Positions 41,400-55,128 of a stretch of 64,000 bases of DNA are shown one piece after another. Position numbers and translations under genes: made by a program. The notes under the pieces were generated by a model. The model saw only the letters and a list, made by a program, of their open reading frames with translations. It searched no databases and was not told the origin of the DNA. Origin of the DNA: Eledone cirrhosa. Its lineage: Eukaryota. Where the stretch lies: positions 2,480,001 through 2,544,000 of the forward strand of contig OZ024750.1 of assembly GCA_964016885.1 (NCBI GenBank), given 5' to 3'. Positions within the stretch are counted from its first letter, which is position 1, and every line of letters starts with the position of its first letter.

Positions 41400-41663
41400 T
41401 ATACATACACATACATACACATATATATAGAAATATATATATATATACACACACACATACACACATATATAGAAATATATATATACACACACACATACAC
41501 ATATATATAGAAATATATATATATATATACACACACATACACATATATATAGAAATATATATATATATACACACACACATACACATATATATAGAAATAT
41601 ATATATATATATACACACACATACACATATATATAGAAATATATATATATATACACACACATA

Positions 41664-41713
<50 letters not shown>

Positions 41714-41738
41714 AACACACATACACATATATATAGAA

Positions 41739-41762
<24 letters not shown>
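41400..41762. repeat. About 35-40-bp higher-order microsatellite repeat
   Basis: About 8 units of '(ca)n tacacatatatatagaaa(ta)n'. Confidence 0.9.
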
Positions 41763-41770
<8 letters not shown>

Positions 41771-41786
41771 ATGTTTTCTCTTCCCT

Positions 41787-41833
<47 letters not shown>

Positions 41834-41918
41834 CATATACAGAGAAATATATAGATCTATGCATGTATATTTTTTTTATTTATGTATGTCTCTTTCTCTA
41901 CTTCACTTCACACACATA

Positions 41919-41968
<50 letters not shown>

Positions 41969-42794
41969 CTACACATAATAGTCACTTAGAGGACATTTCA
42001 GAACCATTAAAATGTTTAATTTCAAGTGACTATGTATGTTAGCATGTGTATACACATACACACTTATCACATGTATGTATATATATATATGTATATATAT
42101 ATATATGTATGTGTGTGTATAATCACTTGGAGGACATTTCATATTTAAGAGAGGTCAAATGTAAATCAACTGTATAATTTATAGTGAAATAGAGAGAATG
42201 ATATTGAGAAATGATGGTCGCACTGGGGAAGAAGGGGGGAGAAAGGTCAAATTTTGTGGAATATGTCATCAAGTGGTTTTTTTTTTTAAAGATGAAATGA
42301 AGGAGCATATAAAAAAAGGGTTAAAAAAGGGGAATAAAACAGCCTTTACCCCTTAAACTGAAATTGACTTAAAAAAATGGAGATTAAAAAAATAAAGAAG
42401 CAATGATACATACGTGAGTGAGCGGCTGTGAAGAAGAGACTGAGGGAGAGAGAGAGATAGATAGATAGCCCTGCACCAATACAAGATATTGTGCTTCTCA
42501 CTTGAGCAATATTGATAAACACACACACGCACACACAAGAAAGGAGATGCAGAGGAAAGAGAGATGGGCAGAGAGGAGATATGGAAGACAGCAGGAGAGA
42601 GGAACTGGTAGTGGTGGCACACCCAAAGGAGGGACTGACACAATGAAAGAAGAACCACACTCTAACTATAACGAAAAATAATGCCAAAAAATCGAAGAAT
42701 AGAGAGATATAAGAAAGGGGGGAGTGAAAATATATACACATATAATTATTTGTGTGTGTGACTATGAATTGCTGTGTATGTGTATATGTGTGTG

Positions 42795-42923
42795 TATATA
42801 TTTGTGTGTATGTGTGTTATGTATACACACACACACATATATATATATACACATGTATACATACACACATAAATGAATGTCTATTTGTATGTGTAAATGT
42901 GTGTGTGTATGTGTGTTATGTAT

Positions 42924-42954
<31 letters not shown>

Positions 42955-43110
42955 CACATGTATACATACACACATAAATGAATGTCTATTTGTATGTGTA
43001 AATGTGTGTGTGTATGTGTGTTATGTATACACACACACACACATATATATACATATATATACACATGTATACATACACACATAAATGAATGTCTATTTGT
43101 ATGTGTAAAT
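42795..43110. repeat. About 105-bp tandem triplication
   Basis: Three copies of 'gtgttatgtata(ca)n(ta)n..catgtatacatacacacataaatgaatgtctatttgtatgtgtaaat'. Confidence 0.9.
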
Positions 43111-43182
43111 CAGAGAACAAAACAGAGGGAAAAAAGCCATCCTCCAATTGTAGCAATTTACAGCTGTGCTTGTGACAAGCAG

Positions 43183-43271
43183 CACATGATGGTAAAGATT
43201 GCATTTTAGTAGATGCTTATAGCGCCGGTAACTAATTGACGTCACATTGATTTTTTTTCTTTGTGACGTAA
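43183..43271. promoter_or_regulatory. Candidate enhancer with paired CRE-like sites
   Basis: Perfect TGACGTCA at 43237-43244 and TGACGTAA at 43264-43271, with an overlapping TAATTG and several CpGs in unique sequence. Confidence 0.3.
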
Positions 43272-44604
43272 GCTAGCAATGAAAAAAAAACAAACAAACA
43301 ACAAATAATAAAATAAACAAACAAAAAGATGACTACTGAAGGAAAAGAGCCAAGAGACAATGTTTTGGTAAGAATGAGAGTGGTTCAACACCATTGACAA
43401 CAATATATGGTGACTAGATAGGGGGTGTAGTTGTGACTTATCTAGGGACAGAGGTATAGCAATCCTCTCTATGATTCTATAACAGCAATCCTCTGTAATG
43501 ATGTAATGTTAAAATAACCTAAGAATAATCCATAGAAATAACAGACACTGAGCAATGATGCAATGAAAGGAGGTTGTTGTCTAGACACAGCTTTTTAGTT
43601 ATTTAAATATTTTGTTTGTTTCAGTGGATAATTTTCACACAGAATTTTACTATCATCACTCGGATAATTTCCCACAACACAATTTAATGATACTTCAAAA
43701 CAATAAAGATAAAATGAATGAAAGAATAATAAAGAAATGTTATCATTATATTCAATGTAGACATAATCACACAGACACACATACATATATACATATCATC
43801 AATATAAGGTTATTGTTAATAGTAAAGAGCCACCACTAGTTCTCCCAGAATGCAATTAATTAAAGCCAGAGATGGAGATGTTTCTCTTATTCAGAATGAG
43901 TTGTTTTTTTAAGTAGGTTAAAGTTTTGATGGAAAAAAAAAAATCATAGTTTCATGTAATAATTGACATTGGAAAAACAAACATAACAGTCTTTGAATGT
44001 GATTTGAAATTATAATTATTAACATCATGATTATCATTAGAATCATCACCATCATCGCCATTATTATTATTATCATTTCAAGTAGCTCTCAAAATCACAC
44101 ACACACTCTTATATGCAAATATTTTTGTAGTCTAATTGTTAAAGTAAATTGATAATTCAAAAGTATATTCTAAGCATATGTTATGAGGAAAAGAATGAAC
44201 AATCTTTTATTTACATAATAACACCAAATGTAAGTAAACAGAATGTAAAATATTAAGTTCCTTACAGGAAGTGAATCTGCTTCCTTTCATCATCCAATCT
44301 TTGTCGATCCTAAACTACACTGGCCTTTTTAGTTATCCTCTTATTTCCACTTGATATGATAAAGATAAATATTTATTTACTCCACACAATAATATGTTAA
44401 GCAGAAAGAATCACTTGTGATAAACCTTAATGGATTCCATGGAGGTGAGATGGAAGTTGCAAAATGCATCCCTTCACTAAGAGCATTAACAGAGTAAATG
44501 AAATAGCTACAACCAGATACCAACCCTGAGTCTAAATCCAAGTTCACCTGTAACTTACCACCTACATTATTGTGCTTGCCATACTTGATATTATATTAAC
44601 AATT

Positions 44605-44952
44605 ATTATGCTTCGTTGGATGTGTAATGTAAGTGTGAGAGAATGGCAGAGCTTGGAGAAGCTGCGTTTAAGAGGTATCTAAGGTGGTGTGCAAGAAAGA
44701 AGACTGTGTTGGTATGGACATGTGATGTTCATAGATGATGATTGCTGGATGAAGAAATGCCTGGAAATCCCATTGGAAGGAAGCCACAGTAGAGGTAGAC
44801 CAAGAAAGACCTGGGCAGAGGTTGTGAGAGCTGAGACTCACAGAGGAGATGATGAAGGAACGGGAAGAGTGAAGAGATGACGTGCTGAAAAGGACCCCTC
44901 CTACCCATGCAAGCGTTGGACAAACGGACATAAAAACGATGATGATGATGAT
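44605..44952 (+). mobile_element. RTE LINE 5'-truncated 3' end
   Basis: MLRWMCNV, then ORF 44689-44880 QERRLCWYGHVM...EGSHSRGRPRKTWAEVV, ending in a (GAT)n tail. Confidence 0.9.
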
Positions 44953-45314
44953 AATTACTTATCAATGAAACCTATACCTGATGTATTCTTATAGGTAATC
45001 ACCTAGTATAAACGAGATATATTTGATATGTTACCTGGCATATATGGGATATATCATATGCTATAGGCTTGAAATCTATACAGGTAACACAATTTCAATC
45101 TCAATTATGATTTTAAATCAACTATTAATCAGACATTTTAAATGGATGTCCTTCCTATCACCAACCATTTTATGTGAACTGGGTACATTATTGTGCCACC
45201 AACATTAACAAGGTTGTCTGACTGAATCTAAGAGTCCTGTCTATTCTGTATCAGGTTTGACTGCTCTTCTAGGTGGGTTGCCTTCACTACTTACTGAGCC
45301 AACAATTATATACC

Positions 45315-45620
45315 CTTCTTCTTCACCCACTTATTCATGAGAGGGTCATGGGGGCAGAGTCCTCAAACACTCCCTCCAACAGGTCCTGTCAGAAGCAACT
45401 GTCTCCAACTGATCCAGCTGGATCCCTAAGTGTGACCAGCCAAGCTCATGGATGTTATCCAACCATCTTGCTCAGGGTCTACCCCTGGGTTTCCTGCATT
45501 TATATACCCATAATCCATAAATAAATCCTAAGTATTTAGCACTGATTACTAAAATACTTAATGAACAATTTGAAATGAGACTCACATTTCACATCTAGCC
45601 TGGGTCTTTCACTAGCCTTG
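45315..45620 (-). mobile_element. Expander/Rex3-like RTE 3' end with internal deletion
   Basis: Minus peptides KYLGFI joined to RKPRGRP*ARWLDNIHELGWSHLGIQLDQLETVASDRTCWRECLRTLPP. Confidence 0.75.
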
Positions 45621-46346
45621 AGGGCATGTATTTTACCTTAGAACTATTAACAGCTTTACACAGACCTGTCTCTGACAAACACATAAGCATCCTTTAGTCA
45701 AAATCCATTAAAGTCTGGTATTCTGATCCATTAGCAGGTTATCTCTCTTGACAAATCAGACTTGGCAATAGGTAACATACACAAGAATTCTGTCAGGACA
45801 AGTTAAATTAGGTTCAATCAACATCAAAATTATACCTTTTAAAAATAAAGTGTTGACTGAATCACAAGAAATATAGGAATGAGTAATAAGTTGGAGCTGA
45901 CTTACAGTTAATCCAATACACAATCAGCTCTCGACACACACACACACACAATTCGATGAGGCACTGGATGGCCAGAAAATAGTTTATGAGTTCAAATGTA
46001 CTGCATTTTTTTTGTGATATTTCCGACAAGATATTTAATTCTACATTTACTTAACTAAGGGGAATATAGACCAGGCTGTAATGAAAAGAATACAGGCAAT
46101 AGACTACTGTTTTATCCAATAGGAAGGGGCATTTATCTTCCATCAACTTAACACTGCAGATAACAGAATTGGCTAGCAGCCATATGGATCCTTATGATTT
46201 GTGTAAGAATTAACATATATGTGTATGTGAGGTGGTTGCAATGAATTAAAAAGCACATATACATGCACATACATGACATTGTAAAATCTATTTTAATTGC
46301 TGTTGTTGTTGTTATTATTAACTCATAAGTATAGGGTACTTATTAT

Positions 46347-46399
<53 letters not shown>

Positions 46400-46423
46400 C
46401 ATAATAAGTACCCTATTTTTTTT

Positions 46424-46560
46424 AGTCCAGAATTAGCCGTCGAAACGGCTTGAGCTCTGCCGTCGGGGTCATACTTGTTCCTATTACCCACTCTACTACC
46501 CTAAGTATTGAGTACTTTGGTGCATTATGGTCCATCTGGTTCCTTACCACATTTCCTTCG

Positions 46561-46592
<32 letters not shown>
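46424..46592 (+). mobile_element. Penelope-like/retrozyme-like fragment: hammerhead 3' half + tail + (TA)n
   Basis: GAAA-CGGC-ttGAGCTCt-GCCG-TC at 46442-46464, then 'ccactctactaccctaagTATTGAGTAC...ctggttcc...(ta)n'. Flanked by the direct repeat aataagtaccctat. Confidence 0.7.
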
Positions 46593-46598
<6 letters not shown>

Positions 46599-46606
46599 AG
46601 TACCCT

Positions 46607-46722
46607 ATGAAAGACATAGCTAACCTTGGAAGGATTTGAAATCAGAATGTAAAGAGACATATCACTATGCCACAAAGCATGATGCCTGATGCTCTACTGA
46701 TACTGCCAATCCTTCACCCTTC
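46607..46722 (-). mobile_element. Nin-like SINE 5' half
   Basis: 'atgaaagacatagctaaccttggaaggatttgaaatcag...ctctactgatactgccaatcc'. Confidence 0.7.
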
Positions 46723-47359
46723 CATATAATATACTCTAGCGTAAATAAGTTCAGGTGGGTTGAACTGGGTTACAGATTGAGACAAAAACCTAACAAGACG
46801 ATTCAGTAGAATACCTTAGATATAAATATTTAAAAGTGATTTTTATTTTCACACCTGTGTTAATTAGGCACAAATAAGCAAGTATCATGAAATATTTTAG
46901 AAATGAGGTAAGAATACATTTCTAACTACAATATATGCATTTCTAATTTCAGAAGAGTTGCAATTTTTTTTTTTTTTTTTTTTAATAAAAAAAACAACGG
47001 CTGTAAATCAGAAAATATTTCTCTCTAATTGTGAAAAAAAAAATGAATTATTCACAAAACTAGTTTAAAAACATTTTCTGCACAAATTCTGAAATATCTA
47101 ATAAAAATATATATCACATGTTATTAGTGAAAAAATTATTTGTTTACATCAATATGAAACATCTGGGTTTTAAAGGAGCTAATAATGGAAATTGTAACAT
47201 TTACACTGCCATAAGATAATCAAAATGGACTTAAATATGTGATTCATATCATGGTGCTGGATATATTATGGTGAAAACCTGTTAAAACACAGTACCAATA
47301 CCACATTACTTGGATAAATTATATTTTGACACAATTTAATTTTGTGTGTGTGTATATAT

Positions 47360-47545
47360 TGATAGTCTGAAGTACTGGGACCAGGAAGACCACAAATCAA
47401 AGAAGTACTCAATACATGGTAAGATGCAGAGTGGTTATATTAGAGGAAGTAGAGGATCTACTGCGAGCTCAGCAGTTTTAGCCAGTTAACCTCTTCATCA
47501 ACCGAAACCGCTGAGCTCACAGATCCTCTACTTTCACTGTTATAT
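47360..47545 (-). mobile_element. Penelope-like fragment with hammerhead motif and partial inverted duplicate
   Basis: Minus strand reads tTGATGA-agaggttaactggct-AAAA-CTGC-tGAGCTC-GCAG-TA-gatcctc...ccactct...TATTGAGTAC. An inverted partial copy lies at 47504-47535. Confidence 0.65.
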
Positions 47546-47967
47546 ATATATACATATATACACATACACACATGCATAATCATCATCATTTAATGTCTAT
47601 TTTTCCTGCTAGCATGGGCTGTGCATATTTGTGTGTGTGTACATTCTTTTGTGACTAATTTCCATATCATAATTTACAATATATTTTTTTTTAAAGATTG
47701 AAGTGTTTTTTTTTAATTAAGTTAGTTTACTTAATTTTATGTTAATTCAAGCTTAGTGAGTTCTATACTTGATACTACTAAGAAGATATTAATTATGTAT
47801 TTGGGGAGATAATATATGCACATACACACACACATATATATATATATACATACACACACACGTGTGTGTGTATATATATGTGTATATAAGTAATTATGGG
47901 TTAAACATGCAGTGAATGGGAAAGCAGTGCAAAAATAGTCAATATCGCAGTCGAATAGAATAATATT

Positions 47968-48050
47968 TATCGAAAACTAAGTCTTCATCAGTTGCTACTC
48001 AGAGTTTCTGGTTACTGATTCTACCAGTAAGAAAAAACTCTGAGTAACAT
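47968..48050. mobile_element. Small palindromic element with hammerhead-like motifs
   Basis: Inverted repeat 'tactcagagttt...aaactctgagta'. Minus strand has GAAA-CTC-T-GAG-TA followed by CTGATGA-agac-tta-gttt-tcgata. Confidence 0.4.
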
Positions 48051-49420
48051 TTCACAAAGAGTCAGCTTTGAATTTGTGTGTGTAATATATAAGACATAAA
48101 CATCATTTTATATGCATGTATACTTTTTATATGCATATAAACATATATACACACTCCTGTACACTACTCTAGTTTCAAATCATATCCTAAGGCTTTGTTC
48201 TATGACATACTATACTGTTTCAAGTATATCTTTATCATAAAAGGTGAAATGGAAGTATAAATCTGATCAAATACATTCTGATGATCTTCATTAATAAAAA
48301 ATGTTGATTTAAATGTTAGTTACTTGAAATAAAAACGTAGCTTATGCAGTTGACATCTGACAAATTTGCTCAAATGCTTATTGATAACATAATACAGAAA
48401 CAGAATTGGCTACATTATTAACCCCTTTTTAAAGACTACATGCTCAGTTAGCAGTGCAGCCATTCCATCTCAAAAGTGGGGAAATGTCTTAAAGAGTTTC
48501 AACATACCTATCCCAGTACTTAGTTCAAATTTAATTTGTTATCGATCTCTATTTGCTGGGACAAAAGTAAGAACACAGACTTGAATACAGACACTTATGT
48601 TGTCCAATATTTTGTGATGTGTGTAAAAATATAAGGTTACTTTCATGAAATATCTGAGCATCACTGAGTACCTCTGTTAGTTTTATATAAATAAAAATCC
48701 AAACACCTACCCAATATTTTATGTAATTTAATCCTTAATATCATCCTCTTTTTCAGGTAAGGCTATATTCATTAGTGCTTCTCATTATTGTAATGCAGCC
48801 TTTTACACTAGTGACTTAGAAGATACTATACACAATTCACTCTAATATCCTTAGTATAAAAATAGACCAAGCAATATTTTTGGTAAAATCAAGTTTTTAT
48901 TTAAACAAACAAATATTAGCGAATATTCACTAAATCTATTGTCTTCTCCTTTCCATTGGCTGATAAATCATAGATATCATAAAAACAATTAAGGTAAGAA
49001 ATTCCTGCTGTAAATAGGCAAGCTCAGTTAACCATTTCAATTCCAAAAGCCTTTCCAATATCAATAATACAGTCTCTTGAACCTAGAATTCCATTGACCA
49101 AATGACTGACCTCTTAATAATAATTGTCTTTTGAAAGTCTTAATGTGATGCACTAAGGTGCAACCAGATAATCAAAGACATTGAATTGATTGAGAATTGC
49201 TTCAAGGCTCACTTTTATCAACATATTTATTCATTCAAGAAACCAGAGAAAATTTACAAGAACCATTTTCAGGTATATTTGATTCTTAAAAGAAACAAAT
49301 CCAATGGCATTGAAAACCGAATAGTCAACTGTTGAGCATGATACTTGGCAGCTTTCAGTTGTTTACTGTAAATTATGCTTAAATAACAATTTATTCTATT
49401 TCAAGATATTCATGGTTTAA

Positions 49421-49625
49421 CCCTTTAGCATTTACATTACTCTATATTTACTGTTGTATTTTTGTGGTAAAGGTTTTATCGCACATAATATCGAATCTAT
49501 GAGATTTTGATATTTATTTTGAGAACAATACCTTAACATCAGTATGAGTGGCCAGTTATAGCCAGTTTAAACAGAAAGAGGTGAGAGAATTCTAGCTGGA
49601 TACAGCCAGTTTAAATGCTAAAGGG
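49421..49625. mobile_element. Intact piggyBac-like MITE (205 bp)
   Basis: TTAA target duplication (49417-49420, 49626-49629) and perfect 14-bp TIRs ccctttagcattta / taaatgctaaaggg. A second copy lies at 33043. Confidence 0.9.
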
Positions 49626-49918
49626 TTAAATGAATCATCAGAGATACTAGGTTGTTGTAGACAGGCATCAAAATACTTACTTTCCAACTATGTGCCCTCA
49701 AATAAATGATTTAAAACAATATGAGTCTTATTGCCTCTGTTGTTTTTTTATTCTTTTTTTTTTTTAGATACATGGCTTTTGAAGACGCTTATTATGATAT
49801 TCAAACATCTCAACTGTATGACTATTATATACCATTTTATATTCAATCCTTCATAAATAGTCATTCAATGGCTGGAAACAAGAAACTTGAGGTAACAATT
49901 CATGAAGTTTCAGCTTCC

Positions 49919-51738
<1,820 letters not shown>

Positions 51739-52389
51739 ATGCTCACACATTAAACATATCTATATTTTATTAATTTTAAGACAGTTGTTCGATATCTCGG
51801 ACAGTTTGTGAGAAAATGTCTTTATTGCAACATTTCTACATCATTTAGATATTTGTGATTGGTGGAGGAGACAATTTTTATGGATATATTTGGTAAAGAT
51901 TTACTATAGTCTTAATTAACTGAATATTGTCAATCTCAGTAATAGAGGTTAATTTTACTTTGAATGTACTTGGACTTTTTTACTTGGAAGCAATTACAGA
52001 AATTATCTCATTGTAAACAGTGTAGAAAGAGTTGTCATTAAATGCTCTCAACCAGTTTGATATGTTTCTATCATATTGGTATCTTAAGTGTATCAGCAAT
52101 AGATAGAAAGATTTACCTAAAAAAATATAAATTCGAAGAATGTGCATCTAAATTATTGATGCCAAATGTATAACACATAAAAAAAAAAGCCAAAACAAAA
52201 ACCCTGGTTTCCTACAATGGCAATATTACTGATGCTGGTAGTAATGATAGGTTGGCAATGATAGACTCCATATTAGAATGTGATCCCTTTCGCAATCATG
52301 AGATCTTTAAATATATATCTGTTTTTATCTTTTGACTCCTCCACCACATCTTCATGCAATGCAGCCAATGCACCATCATATTGTCAGCC

Positions 52390-52509
<120 letters not shown>

Positions 52510-53351
52510 TCGACTAGTGCCTAGGTGCCAAGAAAATACCAAAGCACACATGACACGGTGCTATGTTGGACAAAAGTAACTAAGAGTAGAAGCTGCTGCT
52601 ACAGCTACTGCCACTACAACTACAGAGATCTACTGGACGAAAATAGGAAACACTAAAACCAAATCAGTTTGCTTGCAATGCAAACCTGAAAAAAAGATTC
52701 TACAGAAATAGAAATGTTGATACATACTAGAGAATATTTAATTCTTAAATACAGACAGAAGTTTACCCTCAATCTGTATTTACCCTTTCATCTTCTTAGG
52801 GTAGCCTCAGAACATTGACTCCCTGGGTTAACTGAGAAAGCTACAAATTGCCAAGAGAAAAATGTTACAAAATTAAGATATTAGTTTTCTTTGTTTTCAC
52901 TCAATGGAGATTTTTAAAGAATTTTTGCTTTTTCTTTTTATTATACTTTAAAAGAAATCAAATAATCCCCAATAAATGTTAATGTATATCATTAATTATG
53001 TATCTCCATAAGAGCAAGAACAAATAATTTAATGATATTAAAATTTCAAAACATTGAAATTATTAAGATATTATCAAAATATCAATGATAAATTACAGAA
53101 ATCCTAACATTTTTATCTTACAGGATTAATGACAAAACCACCAAATTAACTGTTGAAACATTTGGATTAAGTTATTAGAACTATTCAAAATTTTTTCTTT
53201 GTATATTCATTTACTCTTGCAAACATAATCTAAGCTAAAAATAAAAACCACTTCAAAATAAACATATTCATCATATTTGGTCATACTATTAGCTTTAATT
53301 TTGATTTTTAAAAAACTGAAATTCCTTAAGGTAGGTCACTACAATTAATAA

Positions 53352-53540
53352 TTTCTGATTTAGGCACAAGGCCAGTGGAAGGGAAAGTCAAGTAAATCGA
53401 TCCCAGTGTGTTACTGGTACTTTATTTTATCAACCTCATAAGGATGAAAGGCAAAGCTAACTTCAGAATGTAAAGGACCATAACTCTATACCACGAAACG
53501 TTGTCCGATGCTCTACCAATACTACCAATCCACTGCCATC
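53352..53540 (-). mobile_element. Nin-like tRNA SINE
   Basis: 'taggcacaaggccag...ttactggtactttattttatc...aggatgaaaggcaaagct...ctctaccaatactaccaatcc'. Confidence 0.8.
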
Positions 53541-53922
53541 AAGGTCTTACATATAATATAAACTTGATATATAATGAAATGATATTATTATAAAAATCAT
53601 ATTGTATGTTGTACTTCATTCAGTTCAATGGAGATGATAGCAAAAATATTAATGACAATTTTTGTGTCCTCAATTTTGTATAAAACACTTTAATATATGA
53701 AAATATTCATTTCAAAAACATTTGAAAATTTCCCTACTTCTATCTTAATTAAATTACACGATTTAAAGCTAAAAAGCATTTGAATTTCTGACAGGACAGA
53801 ACACATTACTGATGTACCAGAAATAAACAGATGGAGGTACATTAACCACCAGTGATTGTCAAATGCTACTCCCAGTAGATACAAACAAGCCTGTGAAGAG
53901 AAGGCTGAGATTAAATGCTAAA

Positions 53923-54151
53923 CCCTTTTCATACCAACCTGCCTGAAACTGCCCTCGATTTATGATACAAACCTCCTTATATTAAAATCTTTACATCATA
54001 ATATAATTTTATAAATGTTTCTTAAGTAATGCTCTAGACATCAGCTTACTAATAACTAATTTTATTAAATTTCTCCAAATGTTTGGTTATTTTCAAAATT
54101 AATTGAAACACATAGGCACTGTCTTTCATTAGAAATATGGTAATGAAAGGA
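53923..54151. mobile_element. piggyBac-like MITE (second family), decayed TIRs
   Basis: 'taaa|cccttttcatacca' ... 'tggtaatgaaagga|ttaa'. Related fragments lie at 985, 5740 and 20715. Confidence 0.6.
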
Positions 54152-54569
54152 TTAATAGAATATGTAAAAATCCTTTTCTTCTCTTTCACCGACCTAGAGA
54201 ATTGTATTGGTACCAATAAAATAGATGGTGAAGACAAGCTTTTTAGTTGAGTGCACCAAATATGATTCTGAATACATATGAATGCAGTTTTAGTGGATGG
54301 TGTACAAAATTATTGTGCGGTTTATAGCTCTAAATATAAAATAAACAACTAAAATATTATTTAGAAGCTTCCAAAAGTTAAAAGAAAATAATTATAAATT
54401 CTTTATAGATTACTGTCGTGATTTTTAAATTTAAAAAAAATCTTATTTTGAACAGTAGAATTTATAAATATTCTTAGGTGTCACATTATATATATATATA
54501 TAGATATATATATATAGCATGGGATTGGTATAGATTTGTTTAAGTTTTAGTTAAGGTAATTAGCAGTCT

Positions 54570-54600
<31 letters not shown>

Positions 54601-54932
54601 GTGGATTGTGTAGGTTTTCTGTAATATGCAGTTGAGGGCAATGTAAGAAGAGTAAGCTAGAGGGAGGGGAGCAGGAGAAGCTAGAGGGAGGGGAGCAGGA
54701 GAAGCTAGAAGGTAATAAAAAATACAATAAATGAGATAAAACCTGTTTTAAAATGGTAAACATTTTGTGTTTTATTGTTGAGGCAGAGGTTTAGAATGTT
54801 GAGAGTGAGATGTAAAATTAGAGTTGAAGAAACATCCAGCAGTACTTTAGACAAAAGCAAAATATTGCCAGAAAATTGAAAATTGAGTTTCATAAGTGAC
54901 ATCTAGGATGTTTCATAATAATAATAATAATA

Positions 54933-55128
54933 GTTTCTTATTTAGGCACAAGGCCAACAATTTTGGGGAAAGTCGATTAAATCAACTCCAGTGCGTTACT
55001 GGTACTTTATTTTATCCACCCTGTAAGGATGAAAGGCTAAGCTAACCTCGGTGGGAAATGAACTCATAACATCAAGGGTCATAACTATATGCCACAAAGC
55101 ATGTTGTCTGACGCTCTACCGATTACTG
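54933..55128 (-). mobile_element. Nin-like tRNA SINE
   Basis: Full family signature including 'agtcgattaaatc..ccagtgcgttactggtac' and 'aggatgaaagg'. Confidence 0.85.
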
